Assembly (NCBI GenBank): GCA_963663965.2
Contig: CAXXFK010000014.1
Coordinates: 1 to 48,124 of the forward strand
Reading direction: 5' to 3'
From: Sedimentisphaerales bacterium
GTDB lineage: Bacteria; Planctomycetota; Phycisphaerae; Sedimentisphaerales; SM23-30
Length of the DNA: 48,124 nucleotides
This document shows positions 27,585 through 38,174 of this stretch, piece by piece. The position numbers were made by a program, and so were the translations under genes. The notes below the pieces were generated by a model, which did not search any database, was not told the origin of the DNA, and saw nothing but the letters and a program-made list of their open reading frames with translations. Within the stretch, counting starts at the first letter, position 1. Each line of letters begins with the position of its first letter.

Positions 27585-29657
27585 ATGGATGAAAATAGAG
27601 AATCGATGACCAATAACCTGGAAAAACAAAATCAGCCCAACCCGGTCAATGAAGTAGCGGCGTTGATTGCCGATCACGAACCCGTTTTACTGGGACTGCC
27701 CATTCGGTTGGCGCTGGTCCACCCCAACCTCACGATTTGCTGGGCCAGTCCCGCCCTGATTCGAGACCTGGAACACGGTCCGGATGACATCATCGGTAAG
27801 TATATCGCCGCGGTTGCCGGGTGTGAAGATTATCATATTAATGGACCCGGTCAATCGAATTGTTGCCGGAACTGCCAATTCTGTCTCTCCCTGCAAAAAG
27901 TCTTTGCTGACGGCTATCCCATCTGGGATCGGGAAACGATCCTGGCCGGCTGCCACCGGCTCAAATGGATCCAGTTCAGCATTTCCAGGCTGGAACTGGC
28001 CGGAAAACCGTTCGCGGCGATTTCCTTCACTGACATCACCGCGGATAAAAACAAGATCCATTACCTCGAACAACTCCAGAACCAGCTCAACGATACCAAC
28101 CGGCAACTCCAGGAATCCCTGGAACAAAACCGGATCATGGCAGCCCAGTCGCTTCAGGCCAGCAAAACCAAAAGCCAGTTTCTGGCCAATATGAGTCACG
28201 AAATTCGCACCCCGCTCAACGGTATGCTGGGGTTCTGTGAACTGCTGATCAATGAATCGCTCAATGAAACCCAACTGGACTACGTCCAGACGATACAGAG
28301 CTGCGGCCAGAACCTGATGCAGGTCGTCAACGACATCCTTGACCTGACCCGGATCGAAGCCGGTAAAATCCAGATCAAGATTGAGTCTTGTAAACTGAAA
28401 AAACTCTTCAATGAAATCCTTCAGATGTTCAAGCCGCGCGCGGATGAAAAGAATATCAGCTTTGAAATTAACATCATGCCCAATGTCCCGGATGAAATCC
28501 GGACGGATACCGGACGGCTGCGCCAGTGCCTGATCAATGTGATCGGCAACGCCCTCAAGTTTACCGATGGCGGATCGGTCCGGATCGACGTCCTGCCCGA
28601 AGGGGAACAGTCCATTCGTATCGATGTGACCGATACCGGAATCGGCATCCAGGTGGACAAACAGGAGCTGATCTTCGACCTGTTTACCCAGGCGGATGAA
28701 AGCTTTACCCGTCGCTACGATGGCGCCGGACTTGGCCTGGCGATTACTCGCCAGTTGCTGGACCTTATCGGCGGCCGTATCTCCCTGCGCAGCGCGGTGG
28801 GAACAGGTTCAACCTTTACGTTAATTGTACCCTCTCATAAACCGCAAAATCAGCATGAGGCACACCGGCCCACGCGACGCAGCCCGATCCATCATCATGA
28901 TCCGCATCACCAATTAAAAGGCCGGGTTCTGGTGGTCGAAGACAACGTCCACAACTTGCGCCTGCTGTCAATACTGCTGCGGCGCCTTAACCTCGATGTC
29001 ACCACCGCGACCAATGGCCAGCAGGTACTCAACATGGTTCAGAACGACAGTTGGGATCTGATTCTCATGGATATGGAATTACCGGTCATGAGCGGATTCG
29101 AAGCGGTGACCCTTTTACGCCAACAGGGTGTCACCACACCGATTGTCGCCCTGACGGCTCATGCCATGGCGGGTGATCGCCAGCGCTGTTTGAATGCCGG
29201 GTGCGATAACTACCTCACCAAACCGCTCAAACAGGACGCGCTCTACCAGCTGCTCCTGAAATATCTGGCCGAGTCAATTCATGGCCAGGCCGAATCCCGA
29301 AATCCAGTTACCCCATTGCCCTCACCGCATTCCCAGACATCCGAACAGATTATCTCGACCCTGGCCGATGATGCCGATCTGGCCTGCATCGCCCAGATGT
29401 TCCTTAATTCCCTGCCGGATATGATTGAAAAAATCCAGGCGTACGCCGACAGCTCTTGCCTGGATGACCTGATAAAAGTCGCTCACGATCTGAAAGGCTC
29501 CAGCGGTAATGCCGGCTTTGAACCACTTTATCACAAAGGTCTGGCTCTCGAAAACGCCGCTAAAATCGGCGCCTTCAAACAAATCAATTCATTACTGGAC
29601 GATATCCGCTCGATGATGCCTCACCTTTCCGCGACCAGAGACCAGGAACCGATATAG
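27585..29657 (+). CDS. Cytoplasmic hybrid sensor histidine kinase (PAS-like, HisKA, HATPase, REC, Hpt)
   Basis: Contains FLANMSHEIRTPLNG, NALKFT, DTGIGI, GAGLGL, DLILMDMELP and AHDLKGSSG. Confidence 0.95.
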   Translation: MDENRESMTNNLEKQNQPNPVNEVAALIADHEPVLLGLPIRLALVHPNLTICWASPALIRDLEHGPDDIIGKYIAAVAGCEDYHINGPGQSNCCRNCQFCLSLQKVFADGYPIWDRETILAGCHRLKWIQFSISRLELAGKPFAAISFTDITADKNKIHYLEQLQNQLNDTNRQLQESLEQNRIMAAQSLQASKTKSQFLANMSHEIRTPLNGMLGFCELLINESLNETQLDYVQTIQSCGQNLMQVVNDILDLTRIEAGKIQIKIESCKLKKLFNEILQMFKPRADEKNISFEINIMPNVPDEIRTDTGRLRQCLINVIGNALKFTDGGSVRIDVLPEGEQSIRIDVTDTGIGIQVDKQELIFDLFTQADESFTRRYDGAGLGLAITRQLLDLIGGRISLRSAVGTGSTFTLIVPSHKPQNQHEAHRPTRRSPIHHHDPHHQLKGRVLVVEDNVHNLRLLSILLRRLNLDVTTATNGQQVLNMVQNDSWDLILMDMELPVMSGFEAVTLLRQQGVTTPIVALTAHAMAGDRQRCLNAGCDNYLTKPLKQDALYQLLLKYLAESIHGQAESRNPVTPLPSPHSQTSEQIISTLADDADLACIAQMFLNSLPDMIEKIQAYADSSCLDDLIKVAHDLKGSSGNAGFEPLYHKGLALENAAKIGAFKQINSLLDDIRSMMPHLSATRDQEPI

Positions 29658-29665
29658 TTTCCGTA

Positions 29666-30991
29666 TCAGTCCCCGATTTCAAACCGCATCTCAAAACGTT
29701 CACAACGGCTCTGAAAGGCGTCCTGATAATCATGCCCCGCGATCAACAACGCCCCTGCGGTCAACTCCTGTTCCCCGCTGCGCTTAAGCGGCAACACCTG
29801 TCCGGCAAAATCATCATGACCAAATAACATTGGCCCGGCTGCGATCAACTTTTTCTCCACGGCATCATAGACCCACGCCGAATTCAATATCGTATCGCCG
29901 GTCGCGGAATCCCTGCCCGGATCGTTCTCGCCCCCGGCCAGTAAAATATACCGGCCGCGCAATGGCGCGTAGGTCTCAAACAAATCCACGGCCACGATAT
30001 CTGACGCGCCATCCTGTGAAATTCCATTTGAACTCGGATCCAGTTCCGGCCCAAAGCGTATCGTGTCATTCACCGGATCGTAAAGCCAGGTATGCCGCAC
30101 ACATCGGTTATTATATACCAGTTGCCCGCCGGCCAGCAACACCGTCCCGTCATATAACAACACGGCTGCCTGATCGTCATAAACCGATTCCAGCTTCGCG
30201 CTCATCAGCTGGAATGCCTCTGTTTCGGGATCAAATATTTCAATACTTCGGGCACGACCCCCAATTAACGCGACCCGGCCATCCGCCAATCTTGCTGCAC
30301 AATGCGAATCCCGCCTGGCATGCTGTGGCATCGCTACTGGCCGGATCCGAAAACCGGTGGATTCGTTTGGATCCCGTTCAATGATCTCTGCGGTTTTTTC
30401 ACCACCAGTGATCAAAATCCGACCGTCCGCTAAACCCGTTAAACGCGGTGAAGTCCGGCCGGTCGCCATCGAACCGATATCCAGACACGTCACCCCTTCT
30501 CCCGCCATCATGTCCATTGCCGGATTCCATAGCTCGACTCGCTTCAAGGTGGACCGTTCATGCCCCAACCCCCCGGCCACCAACACCAGATTCGTTCTGG
30601 GCACCCGGACCGCGCCATGCCATAACCGCGCGTGATTTAATACCGCCTTCGAAACAGTCCAGCGGTCCCTCCCGGGATCATAAACCCAGATCTGACTTGA
30701 AGCCGCCGGCAACATGCCAAATAACTTGTTATATCCACCCACTACGACAATCCGGCCATCCGTCAACCGCGTCGCGCTATGCGCCGCCAGCGGCCCGCCC
30801 AGGCTGGCGCTCTCTACAAAACGATAGCCTGATCCCTCGTTATTACCCAGGCAAATTCCAGTCAACAGTAAAACGTTACAGATTGTCGAAATATATCGCA
30901 AAATATTTATCACTGAATATCCGGATACGCAATAATTTCCTTGATCGATATAACGCCTTTCGGCTCGATGTGCCTTTCCAGACAAACTCAA
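29666..30991 (-). CDS. Kelch-repeat beta-propeller protein, probably secreted
   Basis: Repeated H-x-A-x-x-L-x-DG-x-V-L-x-x-GG...E-x-F/Y-DP units. The true start may be GTG 30913, before a hydrophobic signal. Confidence 0.85.
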   Translation of the reverse strand: MSLSGKAHRAERRYIDQGNYCVSGYSVINILRYISTICNVLLLTGICLGNNEGSGYRFVESASLGGPLAAHSATRLTDGRIVVVGGYNKLFGMLPAASSQIWVYDPGRDRWTVSKAVLNHARLWHGAVRVPRTNLVLVAGGLGHERSTLKRVELWNPAMDMMAGEGVTCLDIGSMATGRTSPRLTGLADGRILITGGEKTAEIIERDPNESTGFRIRPVAMPQHARRDSHCAARLADGRVALIGGRARSIEIFDPETEAFQLMSAKLESVYDDQAAVLLYDGTVLLAGGQLVYNNRCVRHTWLYDPVNDTIRFGPELDPSSNGISQDGASDIVAVDLFETYAPLRGRYILLAGGENDPGRDSATGDTILNSAWVYDAVEKKLIAAGPMLFGHDDFAGQVLPLKRSGEQELTAGALLIAGHDYQDAFQSRCERFEMRFEIGD

Positions 30992-31542
30992 TATCTCCTT
31001 CTATTGCTGCGTGGCGGCCTTCTTTTTTCTTTCAGACTGAATCCAAACCACTTTTTTAATCCTTCGATTACTCGATACACGATCGGACAGGTAAAGGTCC
31101 GTCCAATCATAGACAACGTACGATAACTAAAGTCAGATTCATATAAATAGGGATAATCCCGGCATTCGGCGGGCCGGTCTTCATAGACAGTACACCGGTT
31201 ATCTTTCAGAAACGGGCACGGACAGATTTTCATTTGCAGGTTCTCCGGTTCCTCTTCATCCGGTACCAGATAACATTCTCGAAATTCTGCAACGGTCATG
31301 CCTGCCCGCCCGGCTAGTCGAACCTGCTCCTCATCCGTCATGCCAGGCCGCAACTCCCGGCAGCACCGGCCACAGTCCTGACAATCAATTTCCGCCCAGA
31401 CCTCATTGGTTAGCTGGCCTACCAGGCGATCCAGTTCTTCATCCGATATCCGGTCCTGAAACTTCAGAAAAGATCGGAACTCCATATTCTCAGCTTCTTT
31501 ACGGCGCGCCTTCTTGGTCAGATCAGCATATTTGTCCATCAC
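30988..31542 (-). CDS. YkgJ-family cysteine-cluster protein
   Basis: CQDCGRCC ... CPFLKDNRCTVYEDRPAECRDYP. Confidence 0.9.
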   Translation of the reverse strand: MMDKYADLTKKARRKEAENMEFRSFLKFQDRISDEELDRLVGQLTNEVWAEIDCQDCGRCCRELRPGMTDEEQVRLAGRAGMTVAEFRECYLVPDEEEPENLQMKICPCPFLKDNRCTVYEDRPAECRDYPYLYESDFSYRTLSMIGRTFTCPIVYRVIEGLKKWFGFSLKEKRRPPRSNRRRY

Positions 31543-31665
31543 AAAGTCCCTTAAATGGCCAGATTATCATATTCAAGGCCAATCATTATCCCAGATTAAA
31601 CTTGATATTCAAGCGATTTTCACAATAATGAACCGGTCAAAAACAGAACAAATAATGGAGGTATT

Positions 31666-31920
31666 ATGATCGCTTTCAAAGATTTCGCTCCCCAGATCAC
31701 CAGAAAAGGGTTCTTCAAAAATCATTTTCAGTCCATGCAGGACGCCCTCGCCGAAGCCAACCACTGGATCAATTCCCATCAGGTCCAGATCCTCAACGTG
31801 GAAACTGTCGTCCTGCCCGAAATCTGGCGCGAAGAGGGCACCACCGATCCCGAACTCACCACCAGCGGCGATATGATGAACTCCTGGTACCAGTTCATCC
31901 GCGTCTGGTATCGACAGTAA
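31666..31920 (+). CDS. Small hypothetical protein (84 aa)
   Basis: Strong GGAGG RBS and host-like codon usage. Confidence 0.8.
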   Translation: MIAFKDFAPQITRKGFFKNHFQSMQDALAEANHWINSHQVQILNVETVVLPEIWREEGTTDPELTTSGDMMNSWYQFIRVWYRQ

Positions 31921-31949
31921 TTTATACTCCTTTATTCAGGTTCATTATC

Positions 31950-32330
31950 ATGTCTTCATACAATAAATGTATCACTATATTCAGCTTACTATTACTAACA
32001 GTTACAGGCTGCTCAAATTTACACAAAGTTTCTGCCGGAAAATTCGTGGCTATTCTTGAACGATCTAAAGCCTCTATGGGTAATACCTTTCCAGATTATG
32101 CCTATATCATTGGTACTACACCTGATCGAGTTTATCTGGAATATCGACCGGGCCTGACAATCTTTGAACCTGCCACTCGGGTCTACTGGACATCTCTGGC
32201 AGATATTCCTGATAATATTCGGACAAAAATTTTAAATCAGAAAACTGATTCTTTTTATTTACTTGATCCTAAAATGATCAATTCTAACCAGATACGTATC
32301 CCGACAAATGCAATACCAGATATGAAATAA
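31950..32330 (+). CDS. Putative lipoprotein, AT-rich
   Basis: Hydrophobic signal ending in a VTGC lipobox. Confidence 0.7.
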   Translation: MSSYNKCITIFSLLLLTVTGCSNLHKVSAGKFVAILERSKASMGNTFPDYAYIIGTTPDRVYLEYRPGLTIFEPATRVYWTSLADIPDNIRTKILNQKTDSFYLLDPKMINSNQIRIPTNAIPDMK

Positions 32331-32339
32331 CATCCAGTT

Positions 32340-33083
32340 ATGAAACTTTATATTACAATCCTTCTCATTCTTGGCTCGATCATACTGGGATATTCATTCA
32401 CTCTCAATCCCTTCAAAGACGAAAAATTATTCTTGGAAAAATACCAAGGGCTTACCTTCGGGCAAACTGAAGCATATTTTAAACTTTATGAGGAATCACT
32501 CACATCCAAATATCGAATTCAAGATATTGGCCTGACTACGATTACTTTCCCGCTGTTTTTTCTGCTTTTATACAAAACGGGGCGCGGCAAAATCTCCACA
32601 CCACGTTCTAGACAAGGTTTTATCTTATTAGCGCTGGCCCTGCCGTGCCTGTCAACTTTGGGATTTGTCTTCGACATCAATCAGATGTGCTGGCGCCATG
32701 AGTATCCACACTGGGCAGACTCCATAGGACTTCCCTTAATGGAAGTACCTGTTTGGTTTATAATATCATTGATCTGGTCACTTTTACATCTCTTTATTTT
32801 AAGAAGAATCAAAATTGCAGCCGTACCGCTCAAGTCAGCTTTCCAATCGAACCTGAATCCCTGGCTGGCAATCCTGTCTGGCCTGACTCTTCTGCTGACA
32901 CTATTCAATATTTATCTTGGTGAGTACTGGTACGCCATCCCGTTAGCGCTATGGTTATACTATTATTTATCTCTGGGCGCAGTCAAATGTGTAGCAGACC
33001 AGAACGTAATGCTTGTCCCCATTGGTTACATATCATGGCCGCCCCCTGTATTAAAACCCGGTCAAGACCCTGAATCCCGCTAA
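32340..33083 (+). CDS. Hypothetical multi-pass membrane protein, AT-rich
   Basis: About six hydrophobic segments, 9 bp after the previous stop. Confidence 0.75.
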   Translation: MKLYITILLILGSIILGYSFTLNPFKDEKLFLEKYQGLTFGQTEAYFKLYEESLTSKYRIQDIGLTTITFPLFFLLLYKTGRGKISTPRSRQGFILLALALPCLSTLGFVFDINQMCWRHEYPHWADSIGLPLMEVPVWFIISLIWSLLHLFILRRIKIAAVPLKSAFQSNLNPWLAILSGLTLLLTLFNIYLGEYWYAIPLALWLYYYLSLGAVKCVADQNVMLVPIGYISWPPPVLKPGQDPESR

Positions 33084-33162
33084 AAATATCCTTGCTATCC
33101 ATCTTCGCTCAGTTAAAATCAAGCCTCGTGTTTCGAGATAACAATCATAAGGAGTATAAACC

Positions 33163-33948
33163 ATGATAAGACTGATCCAGTTGCTTGTTGTGTTACTGCC
33201 GGTCGCCCTGATCGCTGGCGCTATCATCTTTATCGTTAAACTGCTCAAAGGCCGCACCGCGAATTCCCAGTCCGGTTCTGCCGAAGCCGAAACCGAATTT
33301 TCTGACGAAGAATACGAACAATTCGGTCAGGCCAGACAGGAAGCGCTCGAACGTATCCTGGGCCCCATGCACAACATGGTTGGCCATGCCGTCATCCCCT
33401 ATTACCTCGGCGGCAACGTCCACATGTACTACTTCCCCAACGGGATCCCCGGTACCGGCTTTGCCACCATGGAACTCATTCAGCCCGACGGTTCCGGCCC
33501 TTTGCCCGGTGATATGGGCGCCTATGAACTGGTCGCCTTCACCAAACTGCCCATCAGCGCCGGCGCGGACGCCGATCTGGCCATCTCCGGCGGCGCCCAG
33601 TCCGAAAAGAAACCTCAAACCCCCTATCAGAAAATTGAACGCCGCATTTGCAGTATTTTCACCAGTATCGCTAACTACTCCAGCCAGGCGGTTCTCAATC
33701 CTGGCGAAACCTGCGAAATCCCCAGCGGCGAAAACCAACCAAACATCTGCCTCATATTCGATGAATATGCCCCTGACAACATTCCCTTCGAAATCGACGG
33801 CGAACGCTTCGGCCTCCTGCTCTGCCTGGAAATCTTCCCCGAAGAAATGAACTACGCCCGTGAAAATGGCCCCGACGCACTCCTCGAAAAACTCAAACGC
33901 GCCGGCCACTACCCCTACAGTGACCTGGATCGCACCCCGGTCTGTTAA
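33163..33948 (+). CDS. Suppressor-of-fused (SUFU)-like protein with an N-terminal membrane anchor
   Basis: AAGGAG RBS, FATMEL..YELVAFT, LNPGETCEIP, and LEIFPEEMNYARENGPDALLEKL..YPYSDLDR. Confidence 0.75.
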   Translation: MIRLIQLLVVLLPVALIAGAIIFIVKLLKGRTANSQSGSAEAETEFSDEEYEQFGQARQEALERILGPMHNMVGHAVIPYYLGGNVHMYYFPNGIPGTGFATMELIQPDGSGPLPGDMGAYELVAFTKLPISAGADADLAISGGAQSEKKPQTPYQKIERRICSIFTSIANYSSQAVLNPGETCEIPSGENQPNICLIFDEYAPDNIPFEIDGERFGLLLCLEIFPEEMNYARENGPDALLEKLKRAGHYPYSDLDRTPVC

Positions 33949-33961
33949 TCGCACTAACAAT

Positions 33962-33996
33962 AAACGATCCCAATACGAAAATTGGGATCGTTTTTT
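33962..33996. terminator. Terminator between the convergent SUFU and GH78 genes
   Basis: Perfect 13-bp stem AAACGATCCCAAT-acgaaa-ATTGGGATCGTTT with a T tail. Confidence 0.85.
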
Positions 33997-36178
33997 ATTC
34001 ACACACAATCACATGCATCCCAGAACTGATCGGATCGATAAACCGTGATCCGTTTTCATGCTGTATCGTCGCTGCGGCGTCATCTAACCTCACCGAATCC
34101 AATCCAATACAGTTCCGGGGTATCACCAGGCGCGCCGTCATATTCACCGGAATAGCCAGCTCAAAAATACATTTCTCCGACTGTTTATCCATCGCCACCG
34201 CGACTGCTCCGCGTATTGTCGGAATCCGCGCCTCAAACCGGCTCAGCGACGCCGGCTGCGGCGCGATCAACGCCTTGGCAAAACCCGGTTCCAGCGGCCG
34301 CAAACCCACCACGAATCGCGGAATGATATTCGCCGGGGCCGCACCCCAGGCATGATTCCAGTCCAGGTTCGGCTTGTATTGGATGCCCCATGCTTCCATG
34401 CTGATCGTCGAGCCCTCCCGCATCATATTTACCCAGCCTCTGGTTCCGTCCGAGGTCATCAGCGCCAGCGCCGCCGCCTCTTCGCCCGACAGATACAACG
34501 CCTCCAGCAGATACTGGGCCCCGTACACACTGCATGCCATCCCTTTCGACACGACAAAATCAACCACCTCGCCCCGCCGCGCCTCCGGTACCAGTCCAAA
34601 TGCCAGCGCCCACATATTGGCATGCAGGGAGGAATGCGTTGTCCCTTCGCCATCGACATACAATCCGGTCTGGCTATTGAAACAAACCGACTGAAACGCC
34701 TGATAGACCACAGACGCATCCTGCGCGAACTGCTCCGCGTCGCTCGTCCGGCCCAGCACACCGGCAATCTTTCCCATCAGGTTCAGGGTATGATAATAAA
34801 ACGCGTTCACCACCGTATTCACCGGCTTAAATACATACCCATCCCGCTCTCCACTCGGCCAGTCCACAATATCACGCAGGTCGCCGGTACTCAACAACCC
34901 ATCCTCCCGAGCGTACTGGGCCAGCAGTTTATCATCCTTTAATGTATCGTAATGCTCGGCCAGCGATTCGCTGTTGCCCGTATACAGATAATCCGCCCAG
35001 GCCATCATGATCGAATGCTGCTTCCATTCCGTCGGCCAGGTCGCGTGCGACAACAGATATTCATGCGAATACCGCGCCAGGCTGAATTCCCGGTCCACAC
35101 TGTAGTGACACAACTGGTTAATATAAGCATCCGCTTCATACGGCTTGCGTTCACGGTCGCCATCCACATACACCCCGCAGAAACTGGTCGGCTTGATGCT
35201 GTAACGACACAATTCCCATACCTCGTTCAGCGTCTGGTTATCGCAAACAAACGCCGCGCCGTCATCATCAAATGGATAATGAACCGAAATCTGCCGAATA
35301 TCGGCCGGGGTTACCGTATATGGGCAGTTCACCAGTTCCACATACCGAAATGGCGCGATCCGGCCAAACTCCGCCGGTATCGCGATCCCCGTCGTCGTGC
35401 CCGGCGGATGAATCTCATAATCGGTCGAGCCATCCATCGTAACAGCCGTCTGGTAATAACGGATCGTTCCACCCGGATTGCGATCCACCCCATCGCCACT
35501 CAGTTTCTCGCCAAAGTGAACCGTTACCGTCTCACCCGTCGCCTGACTGCCCGCCGTCAGCCGTACCAACGTCGAATCGGCAGTCCCCATCCGTAACAGT
35601 TCATGCGGCGGCCGCCAGCGGATATATCCAAACGCGTCCCGGCCGAAATCGACCAGCCAACGCCCCTCTTCGATCTTCGTCACACTCACCGGCGCCACAT
35701 CACTGGTCTGCTGCTTATAGCGCGCGGTACTGTAGCCCGACAATGAACTTCCCGTCTTGAATGTCTGGGCAGCCGACCACGCCGAAACCTCATCCTGTTT
35801 GTCCCAGGTTCGTACCCGCCAGACATACGAGCTATTCACGCTTAACGCCGCGCCGCCATAAACCACATTGATTGAATTCGCACTGACCACCTTGCCGCTG
35901 TCCCACCGGTTCGGATTATCCTGCTCCAGTAAACTTCCATCCGTCGCCACCTGAATCTGATAAGCCGTCTGGTCATTCCCCTTGATCTCCGCATTCACAA
36001 TCCAGCCAAACTCAGGCCGCGCGTCCCCTATCGTCGTTAACTCAGGCATCGCCAGCAATTCACACAGCAATCCCGTGGGCGCCGGACCAGCACTGCAAAT
36101 ACCCGCCGGCATCCCGGCCAACAGGATCATCCAGATCGCTTTGATGACCGTCTTCTTGCACAAACCACTAATTTCCAT
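33995..36178 (-). CDS. Secreted alpha-L-rhamnosidase-like glycoside hydrolase (GH78)
   Basis: Signal peptide, Fn3-like QTAYQIQVA..WDSGKV, LVDFGRDAFG, YVDGDRER, DIVDWP and DWNHAWGAAP. The likely start is ATG 36178. Confidence 0.9.
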   Translation of the reverse strand: MEISGLCKKTVIKAIWMILLAGMPAGICSAGPAPTGLLCELLAMPELTTIGDARPEFGWIVNAEIKGNDQTAYQIQVATDGSLLEQDNPNRWDSGKVVSANSINVVYGGAALSVNSSYVWRVRTWDKQDEVSAWSAAQTFKTGSSLSGYSTARYKQQTSDVAPVSVTKIEEGRWLVDFGRDAFGYIRWRPPHELLRMGTADSTLVRLTAGSQATGETVTVHFGEKLSGDGVDRNPGGTIRYYQTAVTMDGSTDYEIHPPGTTTGIAIPAEFGRIAPFRYVELVNCPYTVTPADIRQISVHYPFDDDGAAFVCDNQTLNEVWELCRYSIKPTSFCGVYVDGDRERKPYEADAYINQLCHYSVDREFSLARYSHEYLLSHATWPTEWKQHSIMMAWADYLYTGNSESLAEHYDTLKDDKLLAQYAREDGLLSTGDLRDIVDWPSGERDGYVFKPVNTVVNAFYYHTLNLMGKIAGVLGRTSDAEQFAQDASVVYQAFQSVCFNSQTGLYVDGEGTTHSSLHANMWALAFGLVPEARRGEVVDFVVSKGMACSVYGAQYLLEALYLSGEEAAALALMTSDGTRGWVNMMREGSTISMEAWGIQYKPNLDWNHAWGAAPANIIPRFVVGLRPLEPGFAKALIAPQPASLSRFEARIPTIRGAVAVAMDKQSEKCIFELAIPVNMTARLVIPRNCIGLDSVRLDDAAATIQHENGSRFIDPISSGMHVIVCE

Positions 36179-36192
36179 AATGCAACCTCTCT

Positions 36193-38157
36193 CTAAAGGA
36201 TAACTGGATATAAGCCATCGTTTAACCACTCAGCACACAACAGCGAAAAATCAATCAGATCGATCTGACCATCCGGCTGCCCTGCCCCGCCCGTCAGATC
36301 ATAGCGCGTATCCGCGCTTAAATAGGATACCGCAAACAGAGCCAGATCGTAAAGATCAATCTGACAATCCGGTTCGCCCTCCGGTCCCGTCTGGTCACAT
36401 CGTTCGCAATAGTGCTGTATACATGACCTCAAACCCGAAAAGCCAAACCGCAAATCTCCCATCTGTTCGGCTGTCAATGCGTAATTGTAAATCCGCACAT
36501 CATCGATAGCCCCGTCGAATCGATCAGCCCCCTCCCCGGCATGACCTATACTCAAATACGCCTCTGTCTGGGTCGCCAGCGGCCACGCTACCTCCCCCTG
36601 TAACGCCCCATCCAGATAAAGCCTGACGTTTTCCCCATCAAAAACCGTGCAGATATGCTGCCACCGGCCATCAGACCTTAAACCATCGGCCACTGTCAGC
36701 GCTGATCCATTATCCGAAGTCATCACAAAATCATCCCGGCCCTCCATGCCCGGCTGCCAGTTGGCCCAGTAGGATATCGTATAGCCCCCGGTATATTGTG
36801 CCGGTGCGATCGGGCCCAACTGCGCCCAGCCGCCTGCCGCGCCGATCAAAGCGGCCCCATTCCCAGCGCCATCTGCCCCGGCGACAAAGGCCGCGCTGCC
36901 GCCAATAATCGCATCATGCCCTCCCATAATATCGCGGTAATGACTCCCATCAAAATCCTCCTGATCCATGGTCCAGTGCGCCCATAATCCCTTCACCGTT
37001 AATACCGCCGCTTGGGATATTGCCGGGCCGGCAATATTGATCACCTCGGCATAATAACTCCCGCCATCGGCCATCGTTACCGCCGCCAGAGTCAGCGTCG
37101 TGCGATAACGCTTCAAAACCGAGTCATATTCCAGCCTCATCGAGACGTTTGCATCCGAAGAGTTGAGTTCAACCTCTCCCTCTTCTGTCTGCTTATACCA
37201 CTGGACGATTGGATACGTCAGACTGGTAAATTCAACCTCAAAACTGGCCGCTTCTGCCTCTTCCCGAATCTGGTCAGCCGGATGAGATACCACATTCGGC
37301 ATATCCGGACTTAAACCAAATATCATTTCGCCCGCCGCGCGCGCAACCCGGCTGATACGCACCTCGTCAATAAAACCTTCAAAGTTTTCCGTAAAGCCAT
37401 TACCCGCCCGCAATTCGTTACCCACACAGAAAAAGACATTCACATTATTCGCAAAATCCTCACCCTGTGTCATGCCAATCAGATTCGCCTCGGTCACCCC
37501 CGAATTCAGCTTCGTCCAGTACAACCGCAAACTGCCGGCATCGCTCGCGTCGCCGTTATAAGTCACCGCCACATGATACCATTTTCCTGCCGCATAGGCA
37601 TTCGCCCCGCTGGTAGGTATCGGCACAATCAGATCACCCCCGCCCATGATATTGGCCCATTCCAGGTTACCCCCGGTATTAATCCGAAACTGCCAGGCCC
37701 GCGCCGCCGCCGAGATCCCGCTATCGGCACAGATAATCTCCATATGATTCGGGATCGACCCCGGCCCCACCATTGGCATAATAATCGCCTCGAATGTAAA
37801 CGCCCCGTCGCTGCCGATAAAGTTTGTTATCGGTAAAGCGCCCGGATACGCCCCGGTCGAGGTATAAGGCCCGCCCCCCGTCACTCCGTCATAGGTATTC
37901 AACGCCCGGTCAAACCCTGAAATCGAAATCCCGTTCGTGGCCGCGCCGTCATATAACGATAAATGCGCCGGATCGGCCGTAACCGCATCGGTTCCATCCC
38001 CGTCAAAATGATACAAATGCAGAGTGTCGGCATCGACCTCATAAGGCATAAAATCCGCCGCCTGAGCCATCAAACCAGCCAGCAAACTAATACTGAAAAT
38101 AATACAAATTGAATGGTTTTTTAAGGTATGCAAATGGAACCTCTCTTTATTCTCCAA
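36193..38157 (-). CDS. Secreted LamG + Ig + LamG protein with a C-terminal dockerin-like tag
   Basis: TLHLYHFD..FTFEA..WYHVAVTY..FEGFIDEVRIS, an Ig domain, a second LamG (FDGAIDDVRIYNYAL), then PDCQIDLYDL..DGQIDLIDF..EWL. Confidence 0.88.
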   Translation of the reverse strand: MENKERFHLHTLKNHSICIIFSISLLAGLMAQAADFMPYEVDADTLHLYHFDGDGTDAVTADPAHLSLYDGAATNGISISGFDRALNTYDGVTGGGPYTSTGAYPGALPITNFIGSDGAFTFEAIIMPMVGPGSIPNHMEIICADSGISAAARAWQFRINTGGNLEWANIMGGGDLIVPIPTSGANAYAAGKWYHVAVTYNGDASDAGSLRLYWTKLNSGVTEANLIGMTQGEDFANNVNVFFCVGNELRAGNGFTENFEGFIDEVRISRVARAAGEMIFGLSPDMPNVVSHPADQIREEAEAASFEVEFTSLTYPIVQWYKQTEEGEVELNSSDANVSMRLEYDSVLKRYRTTLTLAAVTMADGGSYYAEVINIAGPAISQAAVLTVKGLWAHWTMDQEDFDGSHYRDIMGGHDAIIGGSAAFVAGADGAGNGAALIGAAGGWAQLGPIAPAQYTGGYTISYWANWQPGMEGRDDFVMTSDNGSALTVADGLRSDGRWQHICTVFDGENVRLYLDGALQGEVAWPLATQTEAYLSIGHAGEGADRFDGAIDDVRIYNYALTAEQMGDLRFGFSGLRSCIQHYCERCDQTGPEGEPDCQIDLYDLALFAVSYLSADTRYDLTGGAGQPDGQIDLIDFSLLCAEWLNDGLYPVIL

Positions 38158-38174
38158 ACGATGAAAACTAAATA

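Noticed and set aside
32990..33160. Possible integron attC remnant at the end of the AT-rich membrane gene
   Set aside because: No RYYYAAC/GTTRRRY pair with a convincing stem, no repeat between the other small genes, and no integrase.
33193..34008. 271-aa antisense ORF over the SUFU-like gene, and similar antisense ORFs over uvrA, the reductase and the FtsK gene
   Set aside because: Shadow frames caused by biased codon usage; no motifs or RBS.
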